Origin: Dehalococcoidia bacterium
GTDB taxonomy: Bacteria; Chloroflexota; Dehalococcoidia; Lucifugimonadales; UBA3495
DNA length: 64,000 bases
Reading direction: 5' to 3'
Assembly (NCBI GenBank): GCA_963665735.1
Contig: OY762444.1
Coordinates: forward strand, 1,068,231-1,132,230
Numbering within the stretch: the stretch's first letter is position 1; each line of letters starts with the position of its first letter. The position numbers were made by a program, and so were the translations under genes. Below are positions 1 to 8,984 of this stretch, piece by piece. The notes beneath the pieces were generated by a model that had not been told where the DNA came from, searched no databases, and saw only the letters and a list, made by a program, of their open reading frames with translations.

Positions 1-192
1 CGGAAGTTCACCTTTGCCAAGCAAGCCCATTATTCCGCAATTCTCTCCCCGGGCTGGAACAAAGCTGCGTGTACGTCAGCCCGCGGCAAACCGTCCTGAA
101 TCAACTTGAAAATCAAGCAACGAACCCATCAGCAATGCGATGAACTCCAAGGTTGCCTGACAAATACCCCGTAAACCTAGCAGGAGGCCCAG

Positions 193-3100
193 TTGCCCAG
201 GATTTTTGACAACCTCAGCCCCGACACCAAACTGGCCCCAGCGCTCCGGGAAACCCTAGCCTTATCCAAAAGGGCGGATTTTTGCGTCGGCTACTTCAAC
301 CTGCGCGGGTGGGGCGACCTGGCCCCTTACGTGGACAATTGGGACCCGGAAGACGGGCAGTGCAGGGTCTTGATTGGTATGCACCGCCTACCCAACTCTG
401 AACTTAGGGAATTCCTGGCGTTGCGAGACAATCCTCCGGGGATGGACAACGCCACCGCCCACCGGATACGGACACAACTTGCTGAGCAACTGCGCCAGCA
501 GCTGGTTTACGGCTTACCCACAAACGCCGATGAAAGGGCGTTACGCGGCTTGGCCGAACAACTCAGGGGAAAGCGCGTCATCGTCAAGTTGTTCCTACGC
601 CATACCTTGCACGCCAAGCTCTACCTGCTTTTCAGGGACGACCCCAACAATCCCATCACCGGTTACCTGGGCAGCAGCAACCTCACCTTCGCCGGTATGT
701 CCCAGCAGGGGGAGCTGAACATAGACGTGCTGGATCACGACGCCACGTACAAACTGCGAAAATGGTTTGAAGACCGCTGGAACGACCGGTTTTGCGTTGA
801 CATTACCGACGAATTGCTGAAAATCATTGAGGAAAGCTGGGCGCGCCCCGACCTGATACCGCCATATCACGTCTATCTCAAAATGGCGTACCACCTCTCC
901 AACGAAGCCCGCGCCGGTATCGAGGCTTTCAAAGTCCCCACCGTCTTCGGCAACCGACTGTTCGAGTTCCAAACCGCTGCCGTCAAAATTGCAGCCCATC
1001 ACCTGAACCGTCGCAACGGCGTGATGGTCGGCGACGTAGTCGGGCTGGGAAAAACCCTGGTAGCAACAGCCCTCGCCCGCATCTTTGAGGAAGACCTGGG
1101 AACCCAGACACTTATCATCTGTCCCAAGAACCTGGTCCCAATGTGGGAGCAATACCGGGATGACTACGGACTCCGCGCCCGGGTACTGTCCATCAGCCGG
1201 GTGCTCGGCGAACTGCCCAACCTGCGCCGCTACCACCAGGTCATCATTGACGAAAGCCATAACCTCCGCAACCGCGACGGGAAGCGGTACCGGGCTATCC
1301 GCGAGTACATCAGTGAGAACGAAAGCAAGTGCATTCTGCTGTCCGCCACGCCCTACAACAAGACTTACCACGACCTGTCCAACCAGCTGCGGCTGTTCAT
1401 AAGCGAGGAACAGGACTTGGGAATCCGTCCGGAGCAGATGCTGCGCGACATGGGGGAGGGGGAATTCCGGCGTCAGCACCAGGCCAATCCGCGCAGCCTG
1501 GCCGCGTTTGAAATGAGCCATCACCCCGACGACTGGCGCGACCTGATGCGCTTGTACATGGTGCGGCGCACCCGCAGTTTCGTCCAGGAACACTACGCCG
1601 AAACCGATCCCGAAACCGGCCGCAGGTTCCTCACCTTCGAGGACGGCAACCGCTCCTATTTCCCAGCGAGGGTTCCCAAGACCGTCGGATTTGCCGTCAA
1701 CGATTCAGACCCAAACGACCAGTACGCCCGGCTGTACGCGCCGGCAACCGTGGACGTTATCGGGAGTCTAAGCCTGCCCCGCTACGGTCTCGGAAACTAT
1801 GTGCTGGATAATCCGGAAACACCGCCAACAACCACCGAAGAACGCCAAATCCAGAACCTGGCCCGGGCCGGCAAACGGCTGATGGGATTCTGCCGCACCA
1901 ACCTGTTCAAGAGGCTGGAAAGCAGCGGTGACGCGTTCATGCAGTCCGTGGAACGGCACGCGCTTCGCAACTACGTCTTTCTCCACGCCCTTCGCAACGG
2001 ATTGCCCATCCCCGTAGGCACTCAGGATGCAGAAATGCTGGACTCCCGATTCACCGACGAAGATGTAGAAGAAGCCCAAGGCGAATTCGCGGACCGGGAA
2101 GACGAAGGAGAACAGGAAACGGAAGAAGATAACCTCAACGATGACTTTGGCCCGTCTCATCGGACGCCGGAGACATTCAGGGAACGGGCGGCTCGGATCT
2201 ACCAGGAATATGAAGTTCGTTATCACCGCCGTTTCACCTGGATGCGCCATGATATGTTCCGGCCCGAATTGGAAACCGCTTTGCAAAAGGACGCCGACGC
2301 TCTGATTGCGCTGCTCCACAACAACGGGTCTTGGAAACCGGAAAACGACACCAAGCTGGCCGCCCTGGAGGAGCTTATCACCAAGTCCTACCCAGACCGG
2401 AAAATGATCGTGTTTTCCCAGTTCGCAGACACAGTGCGATACCTGGAAAATGAACTGAAAAGCCGGGGAGTAACGGCGTTGGCCAGCGTCACCGGAGAAT
2501 CCGCCGACCCAACCGCCACAGCCTGGCGATTCAGCCCGGTCAGCAACGACAAAAGGCAAAGCACGGAACCGCAACACGAGCTGCGGGTACTGATTGCCAG
2601 CGACGTGCTCAGCGAAGGCCAGAACCTGCAAGACTGCGCCATAGTAATCAACTACGACCTGCCCTGGGCCATCATCCGGCTAATCCAGCGAGCCGGGCGG
2701 GTTGATCGCATCGGTCAGACCGCCGAAGAAATCCTCTGCCACTCGTTCATGCCTTCCGACGGCGTGGAACGCATTATCAACCTACGGGGCAGAGTTCGGG
2801 AAAGGCTGCGCCAGAACGCCGAGGTCATCGGCACCGACGAGGCTTTCTTCGAAGACGACCCGGACGACCAACCCATCATCAATCTCTACAACGAGAGAGC
2901 CGGCATTCTGGACGGCGACGTCGACAGTGAAGTTGACCTCACATCCTACGCCTACCAGATCTGGAAAAACGCCATCACCGCCGCCCCGGGACTGGAAAAG
3001 GCAGTTACCACCCTCCCGGACGTGGTTTTCTCATCAAGGCAGCACGATGGTGGATCCAGTCACCCGGAAGGCGTATTGGTTTACTTGCGTACCGCAGAGG

Positions 3101-3711
3101 ACAATGACGCGCTGGCCTACATCGGGCGCGACGGGCAGAGCATCACCGAGTCGCCTATCGAAATCCTGGCGGCCGCCCAGTGCCACCCAAATACGGTAGC
3201 CTATCCCCGGCAAGAGGAACACCACGAACTGGTTACGGCAGGGGCCAGACATATCGCCCAGCAAGCGCGCAACATCGGTGGTCAGTTGGGCCGGCCCAGC
3301 AGCGCGCGCTATCGCGCCTACAACCGCCTGAAGGAATACGCCGAGAGTATCAAAGGCCAGTTGTTCGACAGCGAAGATCTGCGCCAGGCCATCAACGACA
3401 TCTACCGCTACCCACTGCGCCAATCCGCCGTGGATACCCTGAATCGCCAGATGCGGAGCGGGATTGATGACGCCGGCCTGGCTCAACTGGCAGTCCAGAT
3501 GCGGAGCGAAGACCGGCTGTGCCTAATGGAACCGGAGGAAACCGAAATCCAGGAGCCGCGCATCATCTGCTCTTTGGGGCTGTTTGAGAATCGGCATAGC
3601 CTACCAGGTCCGATGCGGCAGGAACGAGACTCTCTCGGGATAGTAACGGTCTCGACAGGGCGCGAAACGTCATGGAGCAGGGACGAAATCTATAATGACG
3701 ATGGCCGGTGA
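193..3711 (+). CDS. PLD-family (HKD) nuclease domain fused to SNF2-type helicase
   Basis: 1172-aa ORF with a TTG start 5 nt after AGGAGG. N-terminal HKD-like motif LHAKLYLL...GYLGSSNLT. Helicase motifs VGLGKTL (I), IIDESHNLRN (II) and QRAGRVDRIGQ (VI). Confidence 0.9.
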   Translation: MPRIFDNLSPDTKLAPALRETLALSKRADFCVGYFNLRGWGDLAPYVDNWDPEDGQCRVLIGMHRLPNSELREFLALRDNPPGMDNATAHRIRTQLAEQLRQQLVYGLPTNADERALRGLAEQLRGKRVIVKLFLRHTLHAKLYLLFRDDPNNPITGYLGSSNLTFAGMSQQGELNIDVLDHDATYKLRKWFEDRWNDRFCVDITDELLKIIEESWARPDLIPPYHVYLKMAYHLSNEARAGIEAFKVPTVFGNRLFEFQTAAVKIAAHHLNRRNGVMVGDVVGLGKTLVATALARIFEEDLGTQTLIICPKNLVPMWEQYRDDYGLRARVLSISRVLGELPNLRRYHQVIIDESHNLRNRDGKRYRAIREYISENESKCILLSATPYNKTYHDLSNQLRLFISEEQDLGIRPEQMLRDMGEGEFRRQHQANPRSLAAFEMSHHPDDWRDLMRLYMVRRTRSFVQEHYAETDPETGRRFLTFEDGNRSYFPARVPKTVGFAVNDSDPNDQYARLYAPATVDVIGSLSLPRYGLGNYVLDNPETPPTTTEERQIQNLARAGKRLMGFCRTNLFKRLESSGDAFMQSVERHALRNYVFLHALRNGLPIPVGTQDAEMLDSRFTDEDVEEAQGEFADREDEGEQETEEDNLNDDFGPSHRTPETFRERAARIYQEYEVRYHRRFTWMRHDMFRPELETALQKDADALIALLHNNGSWKPENDTKLAALEELITKSYPDRKMIVFSQFADTVRYLENELKSRGVTALASVTGESADPTATAWRFSPVSNDKRQSTEPQHELRVLIASDVLSEGQNLQDCAIVINYDLPWAIIRLIQRAGRVDRIGQTAEEILCHSFMPSDGVERIINLRGRVRERLRQNAEVIGTDEAFFEDDPDDQPIINLYNERAGILDGDVDSEVDLTSYAYQIWKNAITAAPGLEKAVTTLPDVVFSSRQHDGGSSHPEGVLVYLRTAEDNDALAYIGRDGQSITESPIEILAAAQCHPNTVAYPRQEEHHELVTAGARHIAQQARNIGGQLGRPSSARYRAYNRLKEYAESIKGQLFDSEDLRQAINDIYRYPLRQSAVDTLNRQMRSGIDDAGLAQLAVQMRSEDRLCLMEPEETEIQEPRIICSLGLFENRHSLPGPMRQERDSLGIVTVSTGRETSWSRDEIYNDDGR

Positions 3712-3760
3712 TTCCCTTTTTGTAGATGCCAGCGTTCTAAACGGTGTCGTCACATTCCAC

Positions 3761-3857
3761 CGTCATACCGGCCTGCGCCGGTATCCGGGATTAGTTTGCC
3801 CCAAGGACGCTGTTACGTGGCCGGAATTTCTGGATTCCGGCTTTCGCCGGAATGACG
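3761..3857. repeat. Inverted pair of REP-like palindromic units
   Basis: Unit 1 is CGTCATACCGGC-CTGC-GCCGGTATCC (3761-3786). Unit 2 is GGATTCCGGC-TTTC-GCCGGAATGACG (3832-3857). Each is an 8-bp hairpin, and the two units are reverse complements of each other. They lie between the helicase and methyltransferase genes. Confidence 0.6.
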
Positions 3858-4043
3858 GTGGGGGGTGGGAATGGCGCATTATGGAATTGATGGCACGTCC
3901 CAAGAGGGTGTGCTGAAAATCCTCTCTTCGTTCCTATCCCAAGGGGATTCCACCCCCACCCCTTCGGCTGCGTTCAGGGCGGGCTCTAACCCTCCATCGT
4001 CGTAGGGGGAGGGGATTTGGCGCACACCTCTTGAGGATGACTG

Positions 4044-7000
4044 ATGCAAGTACAGGTTAACGAACTCCGCACCTACCTACAGTCCTTTGACTTTCCTCGG
4101 CTGTTCGTAGAGGGCCTGGGCTGGGACTACTATCAGGCGGAGCCGCTGGCGCTGACCGTTGAAAGCCATAAATATCTGCTCAAACCCGTGGCGGAAAAGG
4201 CGGGGTTCGGCGTCTTTGAGTGCGCCCCGGGCCCGGAGGGCGCTATTCCCGACTACCCGGCGCGGCGCAGGATTGAGACCGAAGTCGCCAAGCGCGTCTT
4301 TGAGCACCTGATAATCTTCGTGGATGCCCAACGTACCCGGCAAGTCTGGCAGTGGGTCAAGCGGGAGGCCGGCAAGCGGGCTACCTGCCGGGAGCATCAA
4401 TTCCATACGGGCCAGACCGGGCTGCCACTGTTGCAACGTCTCAACGACTTCATCTTCACGCTGGAGGATGAGGTCAAGGGCATCGGCATAGGCGACGTTG
4501 CTCGGAACGTCGGCAAGGCTTTTGACGTGGAGAAAGTCACCAGGCGTTTCTATGACCGATTCAGGACGGAGTTAACCGCTTTCGGCAACTTTATCGAGGG
4601 CATCACGGCCCAGGGCGACCGTGACTGGTACGCCTCCCTGATGCTCAACCGCATGATGTTCGTTTACTTCATCCAGAAAAAGGGCTTCCTGGACGACGAC
4701 ACCGACTATCTCCGCAACAAGCTGGACCAGGTGCGATGGGAACGCGGACAAGGGAAGTTTCAACTGTTCTATTATGAATTTTTGCGGCGGCTGTTCCACG
4801 AGGGCTTGGGCCAGCCGAAGGCCCGGCGCTCCCCGGACCTAGAAAAACTGCTCGGCAAGGTGCCTTTCCTCAACGGCGGTTTGTTTGACGTTCACGACCT
4901 GGAGCGGGACAACCCGGATATCGCCATCCCCGACGAAGCCTTTGAACGGGTCTTCGACTTCTTCGACAGCTACCGCTGGCACCTGGACGAGCGGCCCTAC
5001 CGGGAGGACAACGAGATTAACCCCGACGTGCTGGGCTACATCTTCGAGAAGTACGTCAACCAGAAGCAGATGGGCGCCTACTACACCAAGGAGGACATCA
5101 CTGGCTATATCTCCCGCAACACCGTCATTCCTTTCCTGTTCGATGCCGCGAAGAAGGAGTGCCCCGTGGCCTTTGGGCCGGAGGGCGGCGTCTGGCGTCT
5201 GCTGCAAGACGACCCGGACCGCTATATCTACCCTGCCGTCGGCCACGGCATCGCCTGGAACGCCCGGCAGCCGGAGGCCCCGGCGCGCCTGGACTCTCCT
5301 TTTGACCTGCCCGAGGACATTGCCGCCGGCGTCAACGACGTTTCCCGCCGCGGCGGCTGGAATGCCCCGGCTCCCGAGGAATATGCCCTGCCCACCGAGA
5401 CCTGGCGGGAGGTGGTCGCCCGCCGCGCCCGCTACCACGAAGTCCGGGACAAGCTGGCGGCCGGGGAAGTCTCCGAAGTCAACGACCTTATCACCCTGAA
5501 CCTGGACCTGGAGCGATTCGCCAGGGACGTTATCGCGCTGAGTGAAGGCTCAGACCTCTTGACCGCCTTCTGGCGCTCCCTCTATGGCAACCGGGAACGC
5601 ACCGACGCCGGAATCTCCGTTCTCGACCCCACCTGCGGCTCCGGCGCGTTTCTGTTCGCCGCCCTCAACATCCTGGAACCCCTTTACACCGCCTGCTTGG
5701 AGGGGATGCGGGGCTTTCTGGACGATATGGAACGGTCGGCGCGTCCCCGAAATCCCAACCGGCTAAGTCACTTCCGCGACGTTCTGGCGCAAGTGGAAAA
5801 GCACCCCAACGAGCGCTACTTCATCCTGAAGTCCATCGTCCTCAACAACCTTTACGGCGTGGACATCATGGAAGAGGCGGTAGAAATCTGCAAGCTGCGC
5901 CTTTTCCTGAAGCTGGCGGCCCAATTGGAGAGCTATGACCGGATTGAACCGCTGCCGGACATTGACTTCAACATCCGGGCCGGTAACACCTTGGTGGGGT
6001 TTACGTCGCTGGACGCGGTGAGCCGGGCCATGACCATTACCGAGACTCAAGACCGGCCCAGGCCCGAAGTGCGCCGCGCCGTGCGGGGCCAGCAAATTCG
6101 ATCCCTGGATGAAGAGCAGCAGGAAGCCTTGCAGCGCATTGAAGACAAAGGCAGGGAAATCGCCCGGGAGTATGGGCTGTTTCAATGGATACAGACGACT
6201 TTCGGAATGGACGCCGCCAGGTTGGCCCAGTCCAAGCGAGACCTGCGGGACAAGCTGAAGGACCTGGGCGGCGAACTGGACGCCCTGCTGTCCAAAGAGT
6301 ACGGCGTTGACCCGAAGAAAGCCGCCGCTTACGACGCCTGGCGGGCCAGTCACCGGCCCTTTCACTGGTTCGTGGAGTTCTACGGGATTATGAGCCGGGG
6401 CGGTTTTGACGTTGTGATTGGAAACCCGCCTTACCTTGAGTTTAAAGAAGTTGACTACCAGATGCGTGGGTATGCTTGCCTTGACACTAGAGCTATCCAT
6501 GCGCTCTGCATTGAGCGCAGTGCTACCCTGATTGACAAACTAGGTTGCATGAGCATGATTGTTCCACTTGCTCTGCCATCTACCCAACGTATGAAAGCCG
6601 TGCAAGACATACTGGAGGTAGGATATCGCAACGTGTGGTATGGGAACTTCGCTTGGCGACCAGCCAAGTTGTTCGACACAGTGAACCGAGCTTTGACCAT
6701 TTTCACCGTGACACCTTCGGAAAGTCCCCAATCCTCGTCCACGGCCTATCAGAAATGGACGAGCGATTCCAGGGAAGGTCTATTCGACCTAATCAACTAC
6801 GAACAGGTTCCCCGCGATAGGCTGGCGTTCTGGGTTCCCAAAATTGGCACAACCTTGGAACATTCGATATTGAAAAAGCTCATATCAATTCCTACCTCGG
6901 TAGCGGACTTTGTGGGCAAAACTGACCATCGTATCTTCTATCGAACCACGGGAGGGCTTTATTGGAAGGTATTTACTGATTTTGCGCCCGCTTTCTCCGT

Positions 7001-7427
7001 CAATGGGCGGGTTGGGAGATCGAGCCGTGAGACAAACTTCTCTGTGCGGCACCGCGATCAGGCTAAGCCAATCATTGCCTCGCTCAGCAGCGATGTCTTC
7101 TGGTGGTGGTATACAATCACATCCAACCTGCGTGATATGAACCCCACTGACATCAACGGATTTCCTATCCCCGAATCCATATTTTCTGATGTGCAGTTGG
7201 CAGAATTGGGTGGCCGCTATTTGGACAGCCTACAAGCCAACAGTCGCATGATGACGCGGCACCAGAAACAGACTGGCACGACAGAAACCCAATCGTTCGT
7301 GATAAAAGAATCCAAGCCCATCATTGACGAGATAGACCGGGCGCTGGCGGAGCATTACGGGTTTACGGAAGAGGAGATGGACTTCATCATCAACTACGAC
7401 ATCAAGTACCGCATGGGGCGGTCTTGA
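4044..7427 (+). CDS. N6-adenine DNA methyltransferase, Eco57I/type IIG-like, with a large C-terminal (probable target-recognition) region
   Basis: 1127-aa ORF. SAM-binding motif VLDPTCGSGAFLF and catalytic motif VIGNPPYLE. The N-terminus (FPRLFVEGLGWDYY) is typical of large single-chain R-M methylases. Confidence 0.9.
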   Translation: MQVQVNELRTYLQSFDFPRLFVEGLGWDYYQAEPLALTVESHKYLLKPVAEKAGFGVFECAPGPEGAIPDYPARRRIETEVAKRVFEHLIIFVDAQRTRQVWQWVKREAGKRATCREHQFHTGQTGLPLLQRLNDFIFTLEDEVKGIGIGDVARNVGKAFDVEKVTRRFYDRFRTELTAFGNFIEGITAQGDRDWYASLMLNRMMFVYFIQKKGFLDDDTDYLRNKLDQVRWERGQGKFQLFYYEFLRRLFHEGLGQPKARRSPDLEKLLGKVPFLNGGLFDVHDLERDNPDIAIPDEAFERVFDFFDSYRWHLDERPYREDNEINPDVLGYIFEKYVNQKQMGAYYTKEDITGYISRNTVIPFLFDAAKKECPVAFGPEGGVWRLLQDDPDRYIYPAVGHGIAWNARQPEAPARLDSPFDLPEDIAAGVNDVSRRGGWNAPAPEEYALPTETWREVVARRARYHEVRDKLAAGEVSEVNDLITLNLDLERFARDVIALSEGSDLLTAFWRSLYGNRERTDAGISVLDPTCGSGAFLFAALNILEPLYTACLEGMRGFLDDMERSARPRNPNRLSHFRDVLAQVEKHPNERYFILKSIVLNNLYGVDIMEEAVEICKLRLFLKLAAQLESYDRIEPLPDIDFNIRAGNTLVGFTSLDAVSRAMTITETQDRPRPEVRRAVRGQQIRSLDEEQQEALQRIEDKGREIAREYGLFQWIQTTFGMDAARLAQSKRDLRDKLKDLGGELDALLSKEYGVDPKKAAAYDAWRASHRPFHWFVEFYGIMSRGGFDVVIGNPPYLEFKEVDYQMRGYACLDTRAIHALCIERSATLIDKLGCMSMIVPLALPSTQRMKAVQDILEVGYRNVWYGNFAWRPAKLFDTVNRALTIFTVTPSESPQSSSTAYQKWTSDSREGLFDLINYEQVPRDRLAFWVPKIGTTLEHSILKKLISIPTSVADFVGKTDHRIFYRTTGGLYWKVFTDFAPAFSVNGRVGRSSRETNFSVRHRDQAKPIIASLSSDVFWWWYTITSNLRDMNPTDINGFPIPESIFSDVQLAELGGRYLDSLQANSRMMTRHQKQTGTTETQSFVIKESKPIIDEIDRALAEHYGFTEEEMDFIINYDIKYRMGRS

Positions 7428-7486
7428 CCCGCATAGACTTGCGGAAGTTGGGGCCGGAAACGTGGGGGTGGCCGACCTGCGGCGCG

Positions 7487-7495
7487 TGGTATAAT
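7487..7495 (+). promoter_or_regulatory. Candidate extended -10 promoter (TGgTATAAT)
   Basis: TGGTATAAT sits 60 nt after the methyltransferase stop and about 45 nt before the 7541 start. No good -35 element is visible. Confidence 0.4.
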
Positions 7496-7540
7496 TAGTG
7501 CATAAGTTCGTCGGGCGGACGACCCACGGGGAGGTGTAGG

Positions 7541-8680
7541 GTGGGACGGGAGGATAACTCAATCGGGAGCGGTATCGTGAATAAGAGAACCAGAGATGAC
7601 CTTGAACTAAGATTTGAGGCCGCGGGTGAATGGGTTGAACTGGCGATAGAACACTCGGAAATCGCCTCCGAACTGGCCAAGAAGCCGCGTTACAGAAAGC
7701 ACGCGCTGTACCACGCACAACAAAGCATGGAAACTGCTGCAAAGGGCATCGCGATTGGGGCAGGGGTTTCGCACGACGAAGTTCGCAAGCATTCCCATGA
7801 TTATCCCTACCTATTTTTCCTGCTCATGGAGAAGGTAATCACAGAGTCGAACGGAATCCAATATGCCAATGAACTGCTTGCGCCTTACTACGCAGGCCAG
7901 GGAGGATACAATGTCGAAGTGGCATTGGGAAATATGCTCACCCTGACATCTTCCCCCAAGAAAAGAGGCTTGTCCAAGGCCCAAAAAGAGAGCGCAGAAA
8001 CATTCTTTGACGTCCTTCTCCAGTTTCCACCAGAGGCGGTGGAAATGATGTTGACCCGATTGGCCAAATTGAACCAGAGTACGCAGAAAGCCCTAGCCAA
8101 GGAGGGGCCCATTGCCAAATTCACCAAGGAACCGTTTGTACTGGAACCATCGCGGTCTGACGGCAGTTTTGTGCAATCCGTTTACAAACAATTGGTTGAG
8201 CAGTCGCGTGAGCGGCCGGGCGGCCGTAAATTGTCCAAGGCCGAGACAGATTTGTTGCGGAGACTTGCGGGACGAGTAGAAGCAAATCTTGATGCCGAGT
8301 ACACGGGAGACCAGATATGGGAGTGGTTGGAAGAACAGGGAGGCAAGTTCTCATTCGACGCAAGTCAAACTTCGCCGGCATTGAAAAGCTTTTTCGATAT
8401 GCAGTCAGTGCTGGCTGGGATCTTAATCATAGGGAGTTTGGTGTGGCCCCACGAATCGTACCCTAGGTATCCAGCGCCTCCAGATGCCTCGGACTCTCTG
8501 GAGGAAGCTGCCCAGCGCACCAGAAGAGGACGCAGTTTGGGGACAAGGCATTACACAGAAGAACTGGGTGTTATCAAGCACATTAAACCCCTAACGGCCC
8601 AGTCTAGGAACACAGCCAGGTTGCTCAAGAAGTGTTACGACCACGGTTTTATGCTGGCGGTTTTTCCGAATGACTCTTGA
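7541..8680 (+). CDS. Hypothetical protein, possibly HEPN-like
   Basis: 379-aa ORF with a GTG start after GGGGAGG. Helix ALYHAQQSMETAAKGIAIGAG, then RKHSHDYPYLF and a distal WPHESYPRYP, resemble HEPN signatures. This was read by eye only. Confidence 0.6.
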   Translation: MGREDNSIGSGIVNKRTRDDLELRFEAAGEWVELAIEHSEIASELAKKPRYRKHALYHAQQSMETAAKGIAIGAGVSHDEVRKHSHDYPYLFFLLMEKVITESNGIQYANELLAPYYAGQGGYNVEVALGNMLTLTSSPKKRGLSKAQKESAETFFDVLLQFPPEAVEMMLTRLAKLNQSTQKALAKEGPIAKFTKEPFVLEPSRSDGSFVQSVYKQLVEQSRERPGGRKLSKAETDLLRRLAGRVEANLDAEYTGDQIWEWLEEQGGKFSFDASQTSPALKSFFDMQSVLAGILIIGSLVWPHESYPRYPAPPDASDSLEEAAQRTRRGRSLGTRHYTEELGVIKHIKPLTAQSRNTARLLKKCYDHGFMLAVFPNDS

Positions 8681-8740
8681 GTGGAAAATTCGAGAAAAAT
8701 TCGTCTGACCTGTGGGAAGGCTATGGAAAGCGGAAATAGC

Positions 8741-8971
8741 TATGTCCCAATGTATGGTGTGCCACGGCCAACGTTTGGATGAAGAGTTGGTTGACAAGGT
8801 GTTCGAGATCGGCGGTCTATAAGTGCTGGTGAGCAGGATTTCCGCAACGGTTTGCCAGGATTGCGGGGAGCGGTCTTTCAACCGGAATGCAACGGGGAGA
8901 ACCCGTCTGCTGGTGCATAACCCGAATGGGGCAGGAGGGATGATGAGGAAAGCGGGGACTCAATTCCCGTA
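8741..8971 (+). pseudogene. Small two-CxxC zinc-ribbon ORF (YgiT/MqsA-N-like) interrupted by an in-frame TAA
   Basis: The reading frame gives MSQCMVCHGQRLDEELVDKVFEIGGL, then TAA at 8819-8821, then VLVSRISATVCQDCGERSFNRNATGRTRLLVH. The frame is continuous over 76 codons. Confidence 0.4.
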
Positions 8972-8984
8972 GCGGGTTAGTGAA

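Noticed and set aside
3695-3916. A 73-aa ORF between the helicase and methyltransferase genes.
   Set aside because: Its sequence is largely the translation of the two REP-like palindromes (HTGLRRYPG, DSGFRRNDG), and it has no RBS.
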